Shown here: in pieces, positions 44,495-52,719 of the stretch
Numbering within the stretch: the first letter of the stretch is position 1
How the letters are laid out: each line of letters begins with the position of its first letter
Virus record (IMG/VR): IMGVR_UViG_3300037297_000066
Location: 310,001-374,000 of that record
Strand: one strand, 5' to 3'
Length of the DNA: 64,000 bases
The notes under the pieces: generated by a model
The model's input: only the letters and a program-made list of their open reading frames with translations
Databases searched by the model: none
Told to the model about the DNA's origin: nothing
Translations under genes and position numbers: made by a program

Positions 44495-45099
44495 TGGAGC
44501 AGCTAGCTTTTCCGTTCTTTGAGTGGGAGGTAGCAGTACCTTTGGAGCCTCAACCCTACTATGGGAGCAGTTTTTTTGGGGGTAATGACTGGCACTTCTG
44601 GACAGGCGGGGGGTGTACTTCTGTCGCTACTTTCCCAACCAAATCCTACGAGAACAAGGGGACCTACTATCATGCTTGCCCTTTCAAGGTAGGAAGACAG
44701 GCTGGGGGTGGGGTGATAAGGAAAATCCGGCTCTTCCAAGGGTACTCAGAGACCTGGTACTGGATTCTGAGTCTGGATCCGGTGGGAGATTGTGTAGACT
44801 TGCTGAGCGATTGGGAGTCTCTCGGGGTTTCTAACAGGGAATGGTACCACTACGACGACAGATACTGGCACAACGAAGAAATCCATGTGAGGTCTCGGGA
44901 TGCTATTGTTGCTCGGAAGAAGACTCCTTCCAAGATTCCATACTTGACCTTAGAGTACAACGTGGAAGGGGATGTGGTGGGCGCTAAACTAGAACTTTTT
45001 AGGGCTTATTCAGGTGAAGAGCTTGAAGAGCTCAAGAACTTGGTTCCCTCAAAGGCTTTCGATCTAATTAAGTCTGCCTATCAGGAATGCATGTGTTAG
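44494..45099 (+). CDS. Hypothetical protein, aromatic-rich
   Basis: 201 aa; ATG overlaps the ung stop. Confidence 0.65.
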   Translation: MEQLAFPFFEWEVAVPLEPQPYYGSSFFGGNDWHFWTGGGCTSVATFPTKSYENKGTYYHACPFKVGRQAGGGVIRKIRLFQGYSETWYWILSLDPVGDCVDLLSDWESLGVSNREWYHYDDRYWHNEEIHVRSRDAIVARKKTPSKIPYLTLEYNVEGDVVGAKLELFRAYSGEELEELKNLVPSKAFDLIKSAYQECMC

Positions 45100-45108
45100 G
45101 GCTTGTGG

Positions 45109-45378
45109 ATGACTAGCATGGACCAAATTGTAGAAGAGATGGACTTTCAGGTTCTGCAAGAGGGAATCGAGAGTATTCAAGGTGGGGTCTCTACTCTGAA
45201 GGTTTGGGTAATAGGGCTGGTTCGCAAGAACTCTGGGGAGAGTGTACCCCTTTTGGTCTACCTGGAGCGCGAAGAGGCTATGAAAAGCTACGGATCCATG
45301 ACTCAAGTGATGCTGAAGCGAGGGTTGGATTCCGAGTGGGAGTTGACTCTCAAGAGCAGGTATCTGGAGAATTTGTGA
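45109..45378 (+). CDS. Hypothetical protein
   Basis: About 90 aa; start uncertain (45103, 45109 or 45118). Confidence 0.55.
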   Translation: MTSMDQIVEEMDFQVLQEGIESIQGGVSTLKVWVIGLVRKNSGESVPLLVYLEREEAMKSYGSMTQVMLKRGLDSEWELTLKSRYLENL

Positions 45379-45406
45379 GAGGGGAGGCCCTCTGCTTTCG
45401 GTAAAG

Positions 45407-45420
45407 TATTTGTCTGATTG
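45407..45420 (+). repeat. Direct repeat, right copy (TATTTGTCTGATTG)
   Basis: 13/14 identical to 43647-43660. Confidence 0.8.
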
Positions 45421-45460
45421 TCTTAGGGGGAGCCTATTTGCTCTTCAGGAGATGATCAAG

Positions 45461-46570
45461 ATGAGTAACCAGATCCGATACAAGTTGGGGGACTACTTGA
45501 CCTACACGGCCACCCGGAGCTTCGATCTTGGCGCCCACCCGGGCCTGAAGATTTCGGCGGGAGATGAGGTACTGTTCGACGGTACCATCATGAAGTTTGC
45601 CGGAATGGAGGTATCCATTCCCAAGCTTCGGGGAGCTATCAAGCTGGGGTGGTTGGTACCGGCTCAGCAGTACGATCCTGAGGCCCCGGTATTTCCTGTT
45701 TCGGCAGGCATTCAGGTTCGGGCGGCTGATGGCGGCAACCCGATGAACCCCAACCCCCCAAAAACACTTTCCTCTACGGTAGCTGCCGAAGAACAGGAAG
45801 TGATGGCTGTCAGCAGCCACGCCGCTCAGACGAGAGACCGAAACGTGACCAACTACCGGCGTACCCCTGCTTCTGAGAGCAGCCAGGGACAGAGGTATGA
45901 GGGCACCACTGTCGAAGCTCAGGATGGTACGGTGGTCCGGAGCATTCGTACCCCGGCTCGTCAGGACACCAATCTTGGCAAGAAAACGCCTGGACAGGCC
46001 ATCTCCGAGGCTGAGAAGGCTTCCAAGATTCAGCCTGGTCAAGGCATGACCCAGGAGGATTTGCTGGCTAGGATGAGTCCTGAGGACCGTGAGCAATACC
46101 TCTCAGAGATCCGTGCCCGCAAGAGCCAGTACGTAGACGAGCCTCAGGTGGTAGGCCGTGTGTCTGCTACTCAGGTTTCGGAGAGCATGGGTATCAAGAC
46201 GGCTATGACGGTTGGTGGGGGCACGGCCATTGCAGATCCCAGCTCTGGGGAGAGGGCTCCTCAGAACGTGGTAACCGAGGTAGAGGGGATCAAGTTCACC
46301 AACACCTCTTCGGTCAAGAAGCCAGTTCAGCCTCAGTCTCAGCCTGTGGCCCCTGCTGACGAGGGTAGTTCGAGGAAGATTGCCAAGGCGATTTGCTCGG
46401 ATTTCCCGGATAACTACGTGTTCACGGACCCCATTCGCAAGAAAATTGCCAGGCTTCAGGCAGACTACGATGATCGGCCGGACATCATTCGGGCCGTAGC
46501 AGCAGCGGATACCGATCCCGAGGTTCGAGGACGTCTGTTGGAGGAATTTCCCCAGGCATTCTCGGGGTGA
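45461..46570 (+). CDS. Hypothetical virion-module protein
   Basis: ATG 45461 lies 9 nt after AGGAG; N-terminal beta domain, Q/T/P-rich middle, helical C-terminus. Confidence 0.75.
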   Translation: MSNQIRYKLGDYLTYTATRSFDLGAHPGLKISAGDEVLFDGTIMKFAGMEVSIPKLRGAIKLGWLVPAQQYDPEAPVFPVSAGIQVRAADGGNPMNPNPPKTLSSTVAAEEQEVMAVSSHAAQTRDRNVTNYRRTPASESSQGQRYEGTTVEAQDGTVVRSIRTPARQDTNLGKKTPGQAISEAEKASKIQPGQGMTQEDLLARMSPEDREQYLSEIRARKSQYVDEPQVVGRVSATQVSESMGIKTAMTVGGGTAIADPSSGERAPQNVVTEVEGIKFTNTSSVKKPVQPQSQPVAPADEGSSRKIAKAICSDFPDNYVFTDPIRKKIARLQADYDDRPDIIRAVAAADTDPEVRGRLLEEFPQAFSG

Positions 46571-46613
46571 GCGGTTTCTATTTGTGGGCGGCCTAATCTG
46601 AATAGGTTGCCTC

Positions 46614-48746
46614 ATGAGCAAAACCGGTGACAGTGCTGGGCGTCCGAAAGATGCCTCCGCCACAGTTTATCTGATGGAGGAGCTGGGGGACGCTCGCCTC
46701 CGTTGCGACCAACTCATTCGGTATCTGGATGAGGCGGTCAAACTCGTGGAACAGTCCAAGTACAGGGACCACTTCTTCGAGGTAGCGGGGCATCTCATCA
46801 CAGGTCTGCCCGAGGCAGCCTTCAAGCTGCAGAAAGCTCTCCAGGCGGTGGCACTGGCGGCCGACCGTTTGGACTATGAAGAGGTCAAACAAGAACTTCG
46901 GCCCGAGAAGGTCGAGGAGCTTGAGCGAGTTCTTCAGGATGTTCGTATCCGCCAAATCAGACGTCGTTCGGAGCCTCCCATGAATTACAAGGATACCGCT
47001 GAAAGACTCAGACTTCTCGCTGCCAAGATCAAGGAGAGCCAAGCGTTCCCTGTGGTGGAGACGTTGCTTCTGGCGAGTGAGTTGGAAGGGCAACAGAAGG
47101 TGGCTAGTAACCGAGAGGTCTTGGCGGATTTCTTCGAGGGCCTGGCGACTTCTCTGGATGAGGCCCAGCCGGGAGAGATGAGTCGAGCCTATTTGGCCAA
47201 GCTGCTTCGGCGCGTGACCGGGGAGAACCTTCAGGTCAAGCCTCCTGTCAAGCAGGCGGAGTCAGAGGTGACTGCTCTTTCTACCGAGGTAGATGTCAAT
47301 CGTCTGGAGCGGGCGCTTGTTAATGCCGAGGCCCAGGTCAAGGAGATGCGACATTCTCTGAATCTGTACAAGAGAGACCCTGGTCGGAACCAGCCTCAGC
47401 TGAGTAATCTGGTGATAGCTGCCAGCTCTGCTGCCAAGGTTTTAGACCGGCTCATTATCAAGCCCTTGTGGGGGAAGCTGGGAGCCAAGGAAGAGGATCG
47501 AGAGTCTCGTTTCGAGGAGGGGAAGCCAGCGGACCCCACGAAGGACATGAGTCCCGAGGATGCCAAGAAGTGGCGAGAGCAGAATCGTAAGCACCGAGAC
47601 GAGTTCAAGGGCGCTGCTGGAGGAGACCCTGCTGACTTGGCTCACGAGATCCTAGAGCAAGGACTTCGGCATCCTGCTCTGAAGGAGATCACCAGATCTT
47701 GGTCGAAGGTGGAGGCCGATCTGAAGAAGGCGGAGACAGAGCACAAGAACCTGCATCGGTTTGGTGTTGGAAGCACCGAGGATGTGACTCTTGTCAATGC
47801 TCACATCGTTCCGGCTCTCAAGTCCTATCGTGATATGGTGGACATCATCATCGAGCAGATAAGCAAGCGTCTGAAGCGACGTACGGCTTCGGAAGAGGAT
47901 CGAGAGTCTCGTTTCGAGGAAGGGAAACCGGCCGATCCGACCAAGAACATGAGTCCTGAGGACGCCAAGAAGTGGAAAGAGCAGAACGATAGGCACAAGG
48001 ACAAGTTCAAGAGTGCTGATGCCCAAAAGGAGTCTGCCAAGTGGATCCAGAAGGCCATCAAGGACAAGGGAGCTCTTCATCGTCACTTCGGGATCCCTGA
48101 AGACGAGACGATCCCCACCGAGAAGATCAAGAGTGAGCTAGCCAAGCTGAAGAAGAAGGAAGACAAGAGCGACGCTGACAAGAAGCTCCAGCATCAGCTC
48201 AACATGGCTCTCACCCTGCGTGGTCCCAAGGTTCCCCCTCCAGGTGGGAAGAAGGCTGGCGACGAGTGGAAGGTGGAGGCTGTAGAGGTCACGGCTGCTC
48301 TCAAGCCTAAGGACAAGAAAGTCGTCGATGCTTTTGCCGACAAGAAGCCGATGGATGGTGACTTGCTCGACACGGACGGTAAGAAGCTGGAGAAGTCTGG
48401 CCTGGGTGGCGGTACATTCGCCGAGTGGAAGGGTGGCAAGATCCACATTCTGAGCCCGGGTGGGAACCGGAGCCATGACGCAATCCTCCGCTACATGAAG
48501 AAGTCGATCCCCAAGAACGACCTTGCCGACCATCCCCAGCTGAGGGCCGCGTCAGACCCTTGGAAGGCCGCAGCCCTCAAGTTCAAGCCTGGTGACAAGG
48601 TGAGGGTCAAGGACTCTCATGGTTCTGCCAAGTTCCGGGGCGACACTGGAGAGATCGAAAAGAACGTTCCGATGGGCAAGTACTACGTCCAGCTCAAGAA
48701 GAACGGACGGTCTTTGGTGGACGAGGGAGACCTGGAAAAGGCGTGA
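46614..48746 (+). CDS. Modular (polyprotein-like) head-associated protein
   Basis: Duplicated 40-aa unit, KWIQKAIKDKGALH module, C-terminal KOW/SH3-like FKPGDKVRV module; modules bounded by [KR]-x-A motifs. Confidence 0.8.
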   Translation: MSKTGDSAGRPKDASATVYLMEELGDARLRCDQLIRYLDEAVKLVEQSKYRDHFFEVAGHLITGLPEAAFKLQKALQAVALAADRLDYEEVKQELRPEKVEELERVLQDVRIRQIRRRSEPPMNYKDTAERLRLLAAKIKESQAFPVVETLLLASELEGQQKVASNREVLADFFEGLATSLDEAQPGEMSRAYLAKLLRRVTGENLQVKPPVKQAESEVTALSTEVDVNRLERALVNAEAQVKEMRHSLNLYKRDPGRNQPQLSNLVIAASSAAKVLDRLIIKPLWGKLGAKEEDRESRFEEGKPADPTKDMSPEDAKKWREQNRKHRDEFKGAAGGDPADLAHEILEQGLRHPALKEITRSWSKVEADLKKAETEHKNLHRFGVGSTEDVTLVNAHIVPALKSYRDMVDIIIEQISKRLKRRTASEEDRESRFEEGKPADPTKNMSPEDAKKWKEQNDRHKDKFKSADAQKESAKWIQKAIKDKGALHRHFGIPEDETIPTEKIKSELAKLKKKEDKSDADKKLQHQLNMALTLRGPKVPPPGGKKAGDEWKVEAVEVTAALKPKDKKVVDAFADKKPMDGDLLDTDGKKLEKSGLGGGTFAEWKGGKIHILSPGGNRSHDAILRYMKKSIPKNDLADHPQLRAASDPWKAAALKFKPGDKVRVKDSHGSAKFRGDTGEIEKNVPMGKYYVQLKKNGRSLVDEGDLEKA
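47489..48017 (+). repeat. Two dispersed copies of a ~126-bp coding repeat (EEDRESRFEEGKPADPTK[DN]MSPEDAKKW...FK)
   Basis: Copies begin at 47489 and 47891; the first 30 nt are identical. Confidence 0.9.
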
Positions 48747-49621
48747 AGCAGCCGCTCGTTCCTCGACCGCCCTATGGAGAGGGCCAGTCTCGGGAGCCAC
48801 AAGCGGAAGCTAGGCTCCCGCAGGGGGAACCTGCCGACAAAGGGCTGCCTCTGGACCCTGACTACTCGGGATACCAGACGTTTGCCAAGCCAGTGGAGGA
48901 CATTCGGGAGCCGGACAACGATGACGAGTCCATTTGGAGGGTGGATGGCCCCAACGACCTGACCAAGGACCAGAGCCATCCTGATGTGAACGAGGAGAAC
49001 TCTGACCAGAGCACCAGCTACCCTGGCCGAGGGTTCGATCAGGACAACTCCAAGACCAAATACCCGTATCGGGACGACCGGCCGAACACACACAACTCGG
49101 CTCAACCCAACCCTTGGCACGTAACCCTCCTTCATTTGCTCCAGAAGGCCCCCTCAAGGCTTTTCAGGGCTGGGGGAAGGGTCAAGGTCGCTGCTACCTC
49201 AGAGGAGATTCTGGCGGGTCTAGACCCTGATTTCCAGGAGCGAGCCCAGGCGTGTACGGTGACCCTCAAGAGGGCGGATATCCGAAACCTGAGGTGGATA
49301 TTCGTGGTCAACTGTGGGCACAAGGATTGGGCTTCCAAGATCAAGGCCGTTCGGGGCAAGGGCAACATCACCGACTTCAACAAGCTGGACTTGCAAATCA
49401 CCTGTTCCTGTCCGGCTTGGCGGTGGTTGGGTCCGGAATTTCACGCCAAAGGGGATCACTACATTGATGGGAAGCCTCGGGGCACGGCTTCACCTCCCAA
49501 CATACGAGATCCTGAGCGGGACAACTTCGTCTGCAAGCATGTTGCCGCTGTTTTAGCTTTTACCCGGGGATGGAAGGTGCCTGTGAAAGTCATCCGGAAG
49601 CCCCGGCCCAAAAAGAAATGA
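48743..49621 (+). CDS. Protein with an acidic N-terminus and a SWIM-like zinc finger
   Basis: ITCSCPAW...VCKHVAAVL. Confidence 0.75.
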   Translation: MKQPLVPRPPYGEGQSREPQAEARLPQGEPADKGLPLDPDYSGYQTFAKPVEDIREPDNDDESIWRVDGPNDLTKDQSHPDVNEENSDQSTSYPGRGFDQDNSKTKYPYRDDRPNTHNSAQPNPWHVTLLHLLQKAPSRLFRAGGRVKVAATSEEILAGLDPDFQERAQACTVTLKRADIRNLRWIFVVNCGHKDWASKIKAVRGKGNITDFNKLDLQITCSCPAWRWLGPEFHAKGDHYIDGKPRGTASPPNIRDPERDNFVCKHVAAVLAFTRGWKVPVKVIRKPRPKKK

Positions 49622-49628
49622 AGATCAG

Positions 49629-50039
49629 ATGCCTACCTACACAGTTCGCCGCAAAACCGATGGGGTATTTCTCCGACGACGTCTCTCTTTTGTGGAGTAC
49701 GATGCCGTCAAGGCCGGAGAACAAACACTGACTGACGAGGATGGGGTGGCTTTGGAGTTGGTGTTTGATCCGGGAGAGGTGGGCTTCGTTCTCAAAGACG
49801 GTCAGAGTGGTGGGTGGGCCACGAAGGCGGGTAAGGAGAACCAGTATCGGAAGGCTCGTCGTAAAGAGATGTCTCGTCGAGAACGAGACCATGTTTTCAA
49901 GAATCGGCTCGTTCCAAATGTGGGAGGACTGGAAGCTCCCACGTGGAAGGACGCTCAGGAAGAGGTTCGTCGGGTGAAGGGTTCAGAAGCAGCCAGCACC
50001 TATGACAAACACGTAGCTAAGGAGCAAGCGAATGGCTGA
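49629..50039 (+). CDS. Hypothetical protein, FmdB-like N-terminus without cysteines
   Basis: MPTYTVRRK...F..GGWATK resembles the MPxYxYxC...F.G.GWY layout. Confidence 0.65.
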   Translation: MPTYTVRRKTDGVFLRRRLSFVEYDAVKAGEQTLTDEDGVALELVFDPGEVGFVLKDGQSGGWATKAGKENQYRKARRKEMSRRERDHVFKNRLVPNVGGLEAPTWKDAQEEVRRVKGSEAASTYDKHVAKEQANG

Positions 50040-50676
50040 CCGACTGTTTTCTGTTGTCCGCAGACGCCCGAACATGGTGGACATCATCGTTCCCAAAATT
50101 CAAGGTGTAGAGGGCTACAGGTTTCTGTCGTCTCTCAACTTTGATGGGACTTTCAATGCCTTGTTCACAGCGCCTATCGCTTCAGGCTATTTGGATCAGA
50201 ACATCAATCCGGCAGTCTTGAGTTCTGTTCCAGGGAGCAGCTTAGTTCGCTGCGTGTTCGATCCTGCAACCTTTTCTGGAGTTCCTTGGAACCTGGTGGA
50301 CACCCAGCCTTTCTGGCTCAAATTCCAGCCAGTCCCTGGAACAGCCGGAGCTCCCTCCCTGCTTCTGCCCGATAGTGCCCATCATGGGATAGGGAGGGTG
50401 ACCATTTCTGGGACAGCTCCGAATGAATCTTCGGTGGCTGATTCTTTGGAGATACATCTGCCCATGAGCATGAAGGATGTCATCATCCTCAATGAGGAGC
50501 CTGGAGCAGGCAACGGTCTGTATGTGGCGTTTGAGACAGGAGGCCCGGAAGTTCTACTCCCTCAAGGTAGCCCGAAGTACGACCCTCGTGAGGGGAACAT
50601 CAGTAAGCTTCTGGTTCGAGGATCTGGTGGGACGGCTGCTTTCTCGGCTTCGTTCACCAATGTGTTTCCCGCATAG
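50032..50676 (+). CDS. Hypothetical virion protein (beta-rich)
   Basis: 214-aa ORF with AAGGAG upstream. Confidence 0.7.
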   Translation: MADRLFSVVRRRPNMVDIIVPKIQGVEGYRFLSSLNFDGTFNALFTAPIASGYLDQNINPAVLSSVPGSSLVRCVFDPATFSGVPWNLVDTQPFWLKFQPVPGTAGAPSLLLPDSAHHGIGRVTISGTAPNESSVADSLEIHLPMSMKDVIILNEEPGAGNGLYVAFETGGPEVLLPQGSPKYDPREGNISKLLVRGSGGTAAFSASFTNVFPA

Positions 50677-50697
50677 TTCGAGCTTGGTTGAGTAAGT

Positions 50698-51024
50698 GTG
50701 TACCTTGTCAACTATCTCGATGCCCAGACGATTGCCCAGCAGTATATCGCTACTGCCAGGTTCCGTACTGGGCAGGTCCTGCTAGGGACCAAGGATGGGG
50801 TGAACGTAATCTTCACCATCCCATTCGGAGACAAGTTCACGCACAATCTGCCCTTTCTGACGATACAGGTCTACTACAACGGGCAGAGAATCCTTTTGAT
50901 CGACGACTATACCATTGCTGAAAGTGGGGGTTTTGGCACGGGATACGACACCGTGATCATGGAGATTGCTCCTTTGCCCACCGACAAGCTTTGGGCGGAC
51001 TACATTGCTATTGGATCTCCTTGA
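50698..51024 (+). CDS. Small virion protein, fibre-associated beta domain
   Basis: GTKDGVNVIFT, VYYNGQRI...DDY; shares a VY.NGQ motif with the C-terminus of 51090-52640. Confidence 0.7.
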   Translation: MYLVNYLDAQTIAQQYIATARFRTGQVLLGTKDGVNVIFTIPFGDKFTHNLPFLTIQVYYNGQRILLIDDYTIAESGGFGTGYDTVIMEIAPLPTDKLWADYIAIGSP

Positions 51025-51048
51025 TAGCTCTCTTATACCCTTGCTTTG

Positions 51049-51088
51049 CTAGGAACTCACCACCTCTCTGATCCTAGGAACTCACCAC
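51049..51088 (+). repeat. 15-bp direct repeat containing an RBS (CTAGGAACTCACCAC x2)
   Basis: Copies at 51049-51063 and 51074-51088, just before ATG 51090. Confidence 0.85.
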
Positions 51089-51089
51089 T

Positions 51090-52640
51090 ATGGCTCGTAC
51101 ATTCATTCGACAGGTAACTCAGATTTGGAACTCCGATACCTACGATGACACCATTGCAGCGGGTTCTACGATGGAGTCAGGTGTCACTACCATCGAGGGA
51201 GATCTGAATACGCTTCGGTCCCAAGCCAAACGGGCAATGTGGGCGGATTCGGCGGGCAACTGGTACGACGATCTGACGACCACGAACTCCAAGAAGCGTG
51301 GCATCAATACCCTGAACAGCGACCTGGATGACATCGAGGAGAAGCGCTTTCTGTTCCGGGCGGATATCCTGACAGACGTCACGGTCACGGCGGCTCAGAA
51401 CTATGAGATCTTGGTTGTAGCCAGTAGCGAGGCACCTACCCAAACCGCTGCCGTTGGTGCTGTTACCACGGTGGGTGCTGTGGTCGCCTTCCACTCAGGT
51501 ACTTTCGGAACTCACAGTTTGGACGAGGTTACGGGCGACACGGCTCTGACTCCGAAGAACTTGTGTCTGGTTCGTGATGGGACGACAGGTGACCCCATCC
51601 TATCGGACAACCGTCAAGTCTTTGCTCTCATCCAGTCCGAGAGCGCCGTGGACGGGCACACTTTCGACGATGCCAGCAATCGAGTCCAGCTCTCGTTCGT
51701 ACGTCCCAACTCGACGTTCGATGACCTAGAGGCTTGCCCGGTGGCAGACATCGCCGGCAAGACCATCAACTATTCGTACGTCCGGCGTATCGATCTCGAC
51801 AGTATCCCTGAAGACGCCTACCTCAATGGGAGCTTCGTGGACCAGTCGGGTTCTGTGGACGTGACCCTGGACAACGCCATCGACAATCAGTCGGGGCCAG
51901 CCACTCAGACCCAGACCATCGAGTGGCAGATCGCCGACACCTACACCCTAGACTTCCAGGATTCCACGGGTGGCACCAACCTGCTTCGCATTGCTCCGAA
52001 TGCGGCGGGTGACGAGATCGAGATGAACGTCGATACCCTCGACGTGAACACCACGAACGATGTGGACTTCAACCAGGCTCTCAAGGTGGATACGGCAGGC
52101 ACCGAAATCGACGTCGGTGTCACGGCTGGATCTATCGAGACCACGGGCTCCGACGATCTACGTATCAACGGTGCTGGTGAGTTGTACCTGGATGACGGCA
52201 ACCAGACGGGTTCCACCTGGGCCCAGACGGACGGCATCAAGCTGTCAGAGACGACCACAGAGTGGGACGACTTCGAAACAGCCTTCGGTGAGGTCAGCAT
52301 CCTGAACGCCATCTTGCAGGCCAACACCAGCACGGTGGTCCGGAGCAAGGGTGTGGCTGAGGTGACTGGCGGCAACTATGCTGCTGACACCAACATGACC
52401 GGTGCTGGAGGTACTCCGAACCTGTCGGCTCAGCTGCCTGACTACAGTGGTGTGACAGCCTTCGTGACTGACTGTGATGTCTACCTCAATGGTCAGTTGC
52501 TCTGGAACGGAGCGGATGCATCGGCGAACAATGACGTGTATCCTGGGGACGCCCCTGCCAACGGGGACCTCAAGTTCGAGTTCCAGGTGTTCGGCACGGG
52601 CTCCAAGAAAGATGTCATCACGCTGATCGTATGGGCGTAA
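51090..52640 (+). CDS. Acidic Thr/Asp-rich virion protein (fibre/collar-like)
   Basis: 516 aa, beta-rich, strongly C-ending codons; C-terminal DVYLNGQLL domain. Confidence 0.75.
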   Translation: MARTFIRQVTQIWNSDTYDDTIAAGSTMESGVTTIEGDLNTLRSQAKRAMWADSAGNWYDDLTTTNSKKRGINTLNSDLDDIEEKRFLFRADILTDVTVTAAQNYEILVVASSEAPTQTAAVGAVTTVGAVVAFHSGTFGTHSLDEVTGDTALTPKNLCLVRDGTTGDPILSDNRQVFALIQSESAVDGHTFDDASNRVQLSFVRPNSTFDDLEACPVADIAGKTINYSYVRRIDLDSIPEDAYLNGSFVDQSGSVDVTLDNAIDNQSGPATQTQTIEWQIADTYTLDFQDSTGGTNLLRIAPNAAGDEIEMNVDTLDVNTTNDVDFNQALKVDTAGTEIDVGVTAGSIETTGSDDLRINGAGELYLDDGNQTGSTWAQTDGIKLSETTTEWDDFETAFGEVSILNAILQANTSTVVRSKGVAEVTGGNYAADTNMTGAGGTPNLSAQLPDYSGVTAFVTDCDVYLNGQLLWNGADASANNDVYPGDAPANGDLKFEFQVFGTGSKKDVITLIVWA

Positions 52641-52665
52641 GCCTAACCTGTGAACCAGCCATACG

Positions 52666-52696
52666 GGAAGGCCGGGGAACAACCTCGGCCTTTCTT
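52666..52696 (+). terminator. Intrinsic terminator
   Basis: GAAGGCCGGGG-AACAA-CCTCGGCCTTTC followed by TT. Confidence 0.7.
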
Positions 52697-52719
52697 ACGA
52701 AAACCAGATGAGATGAAAA

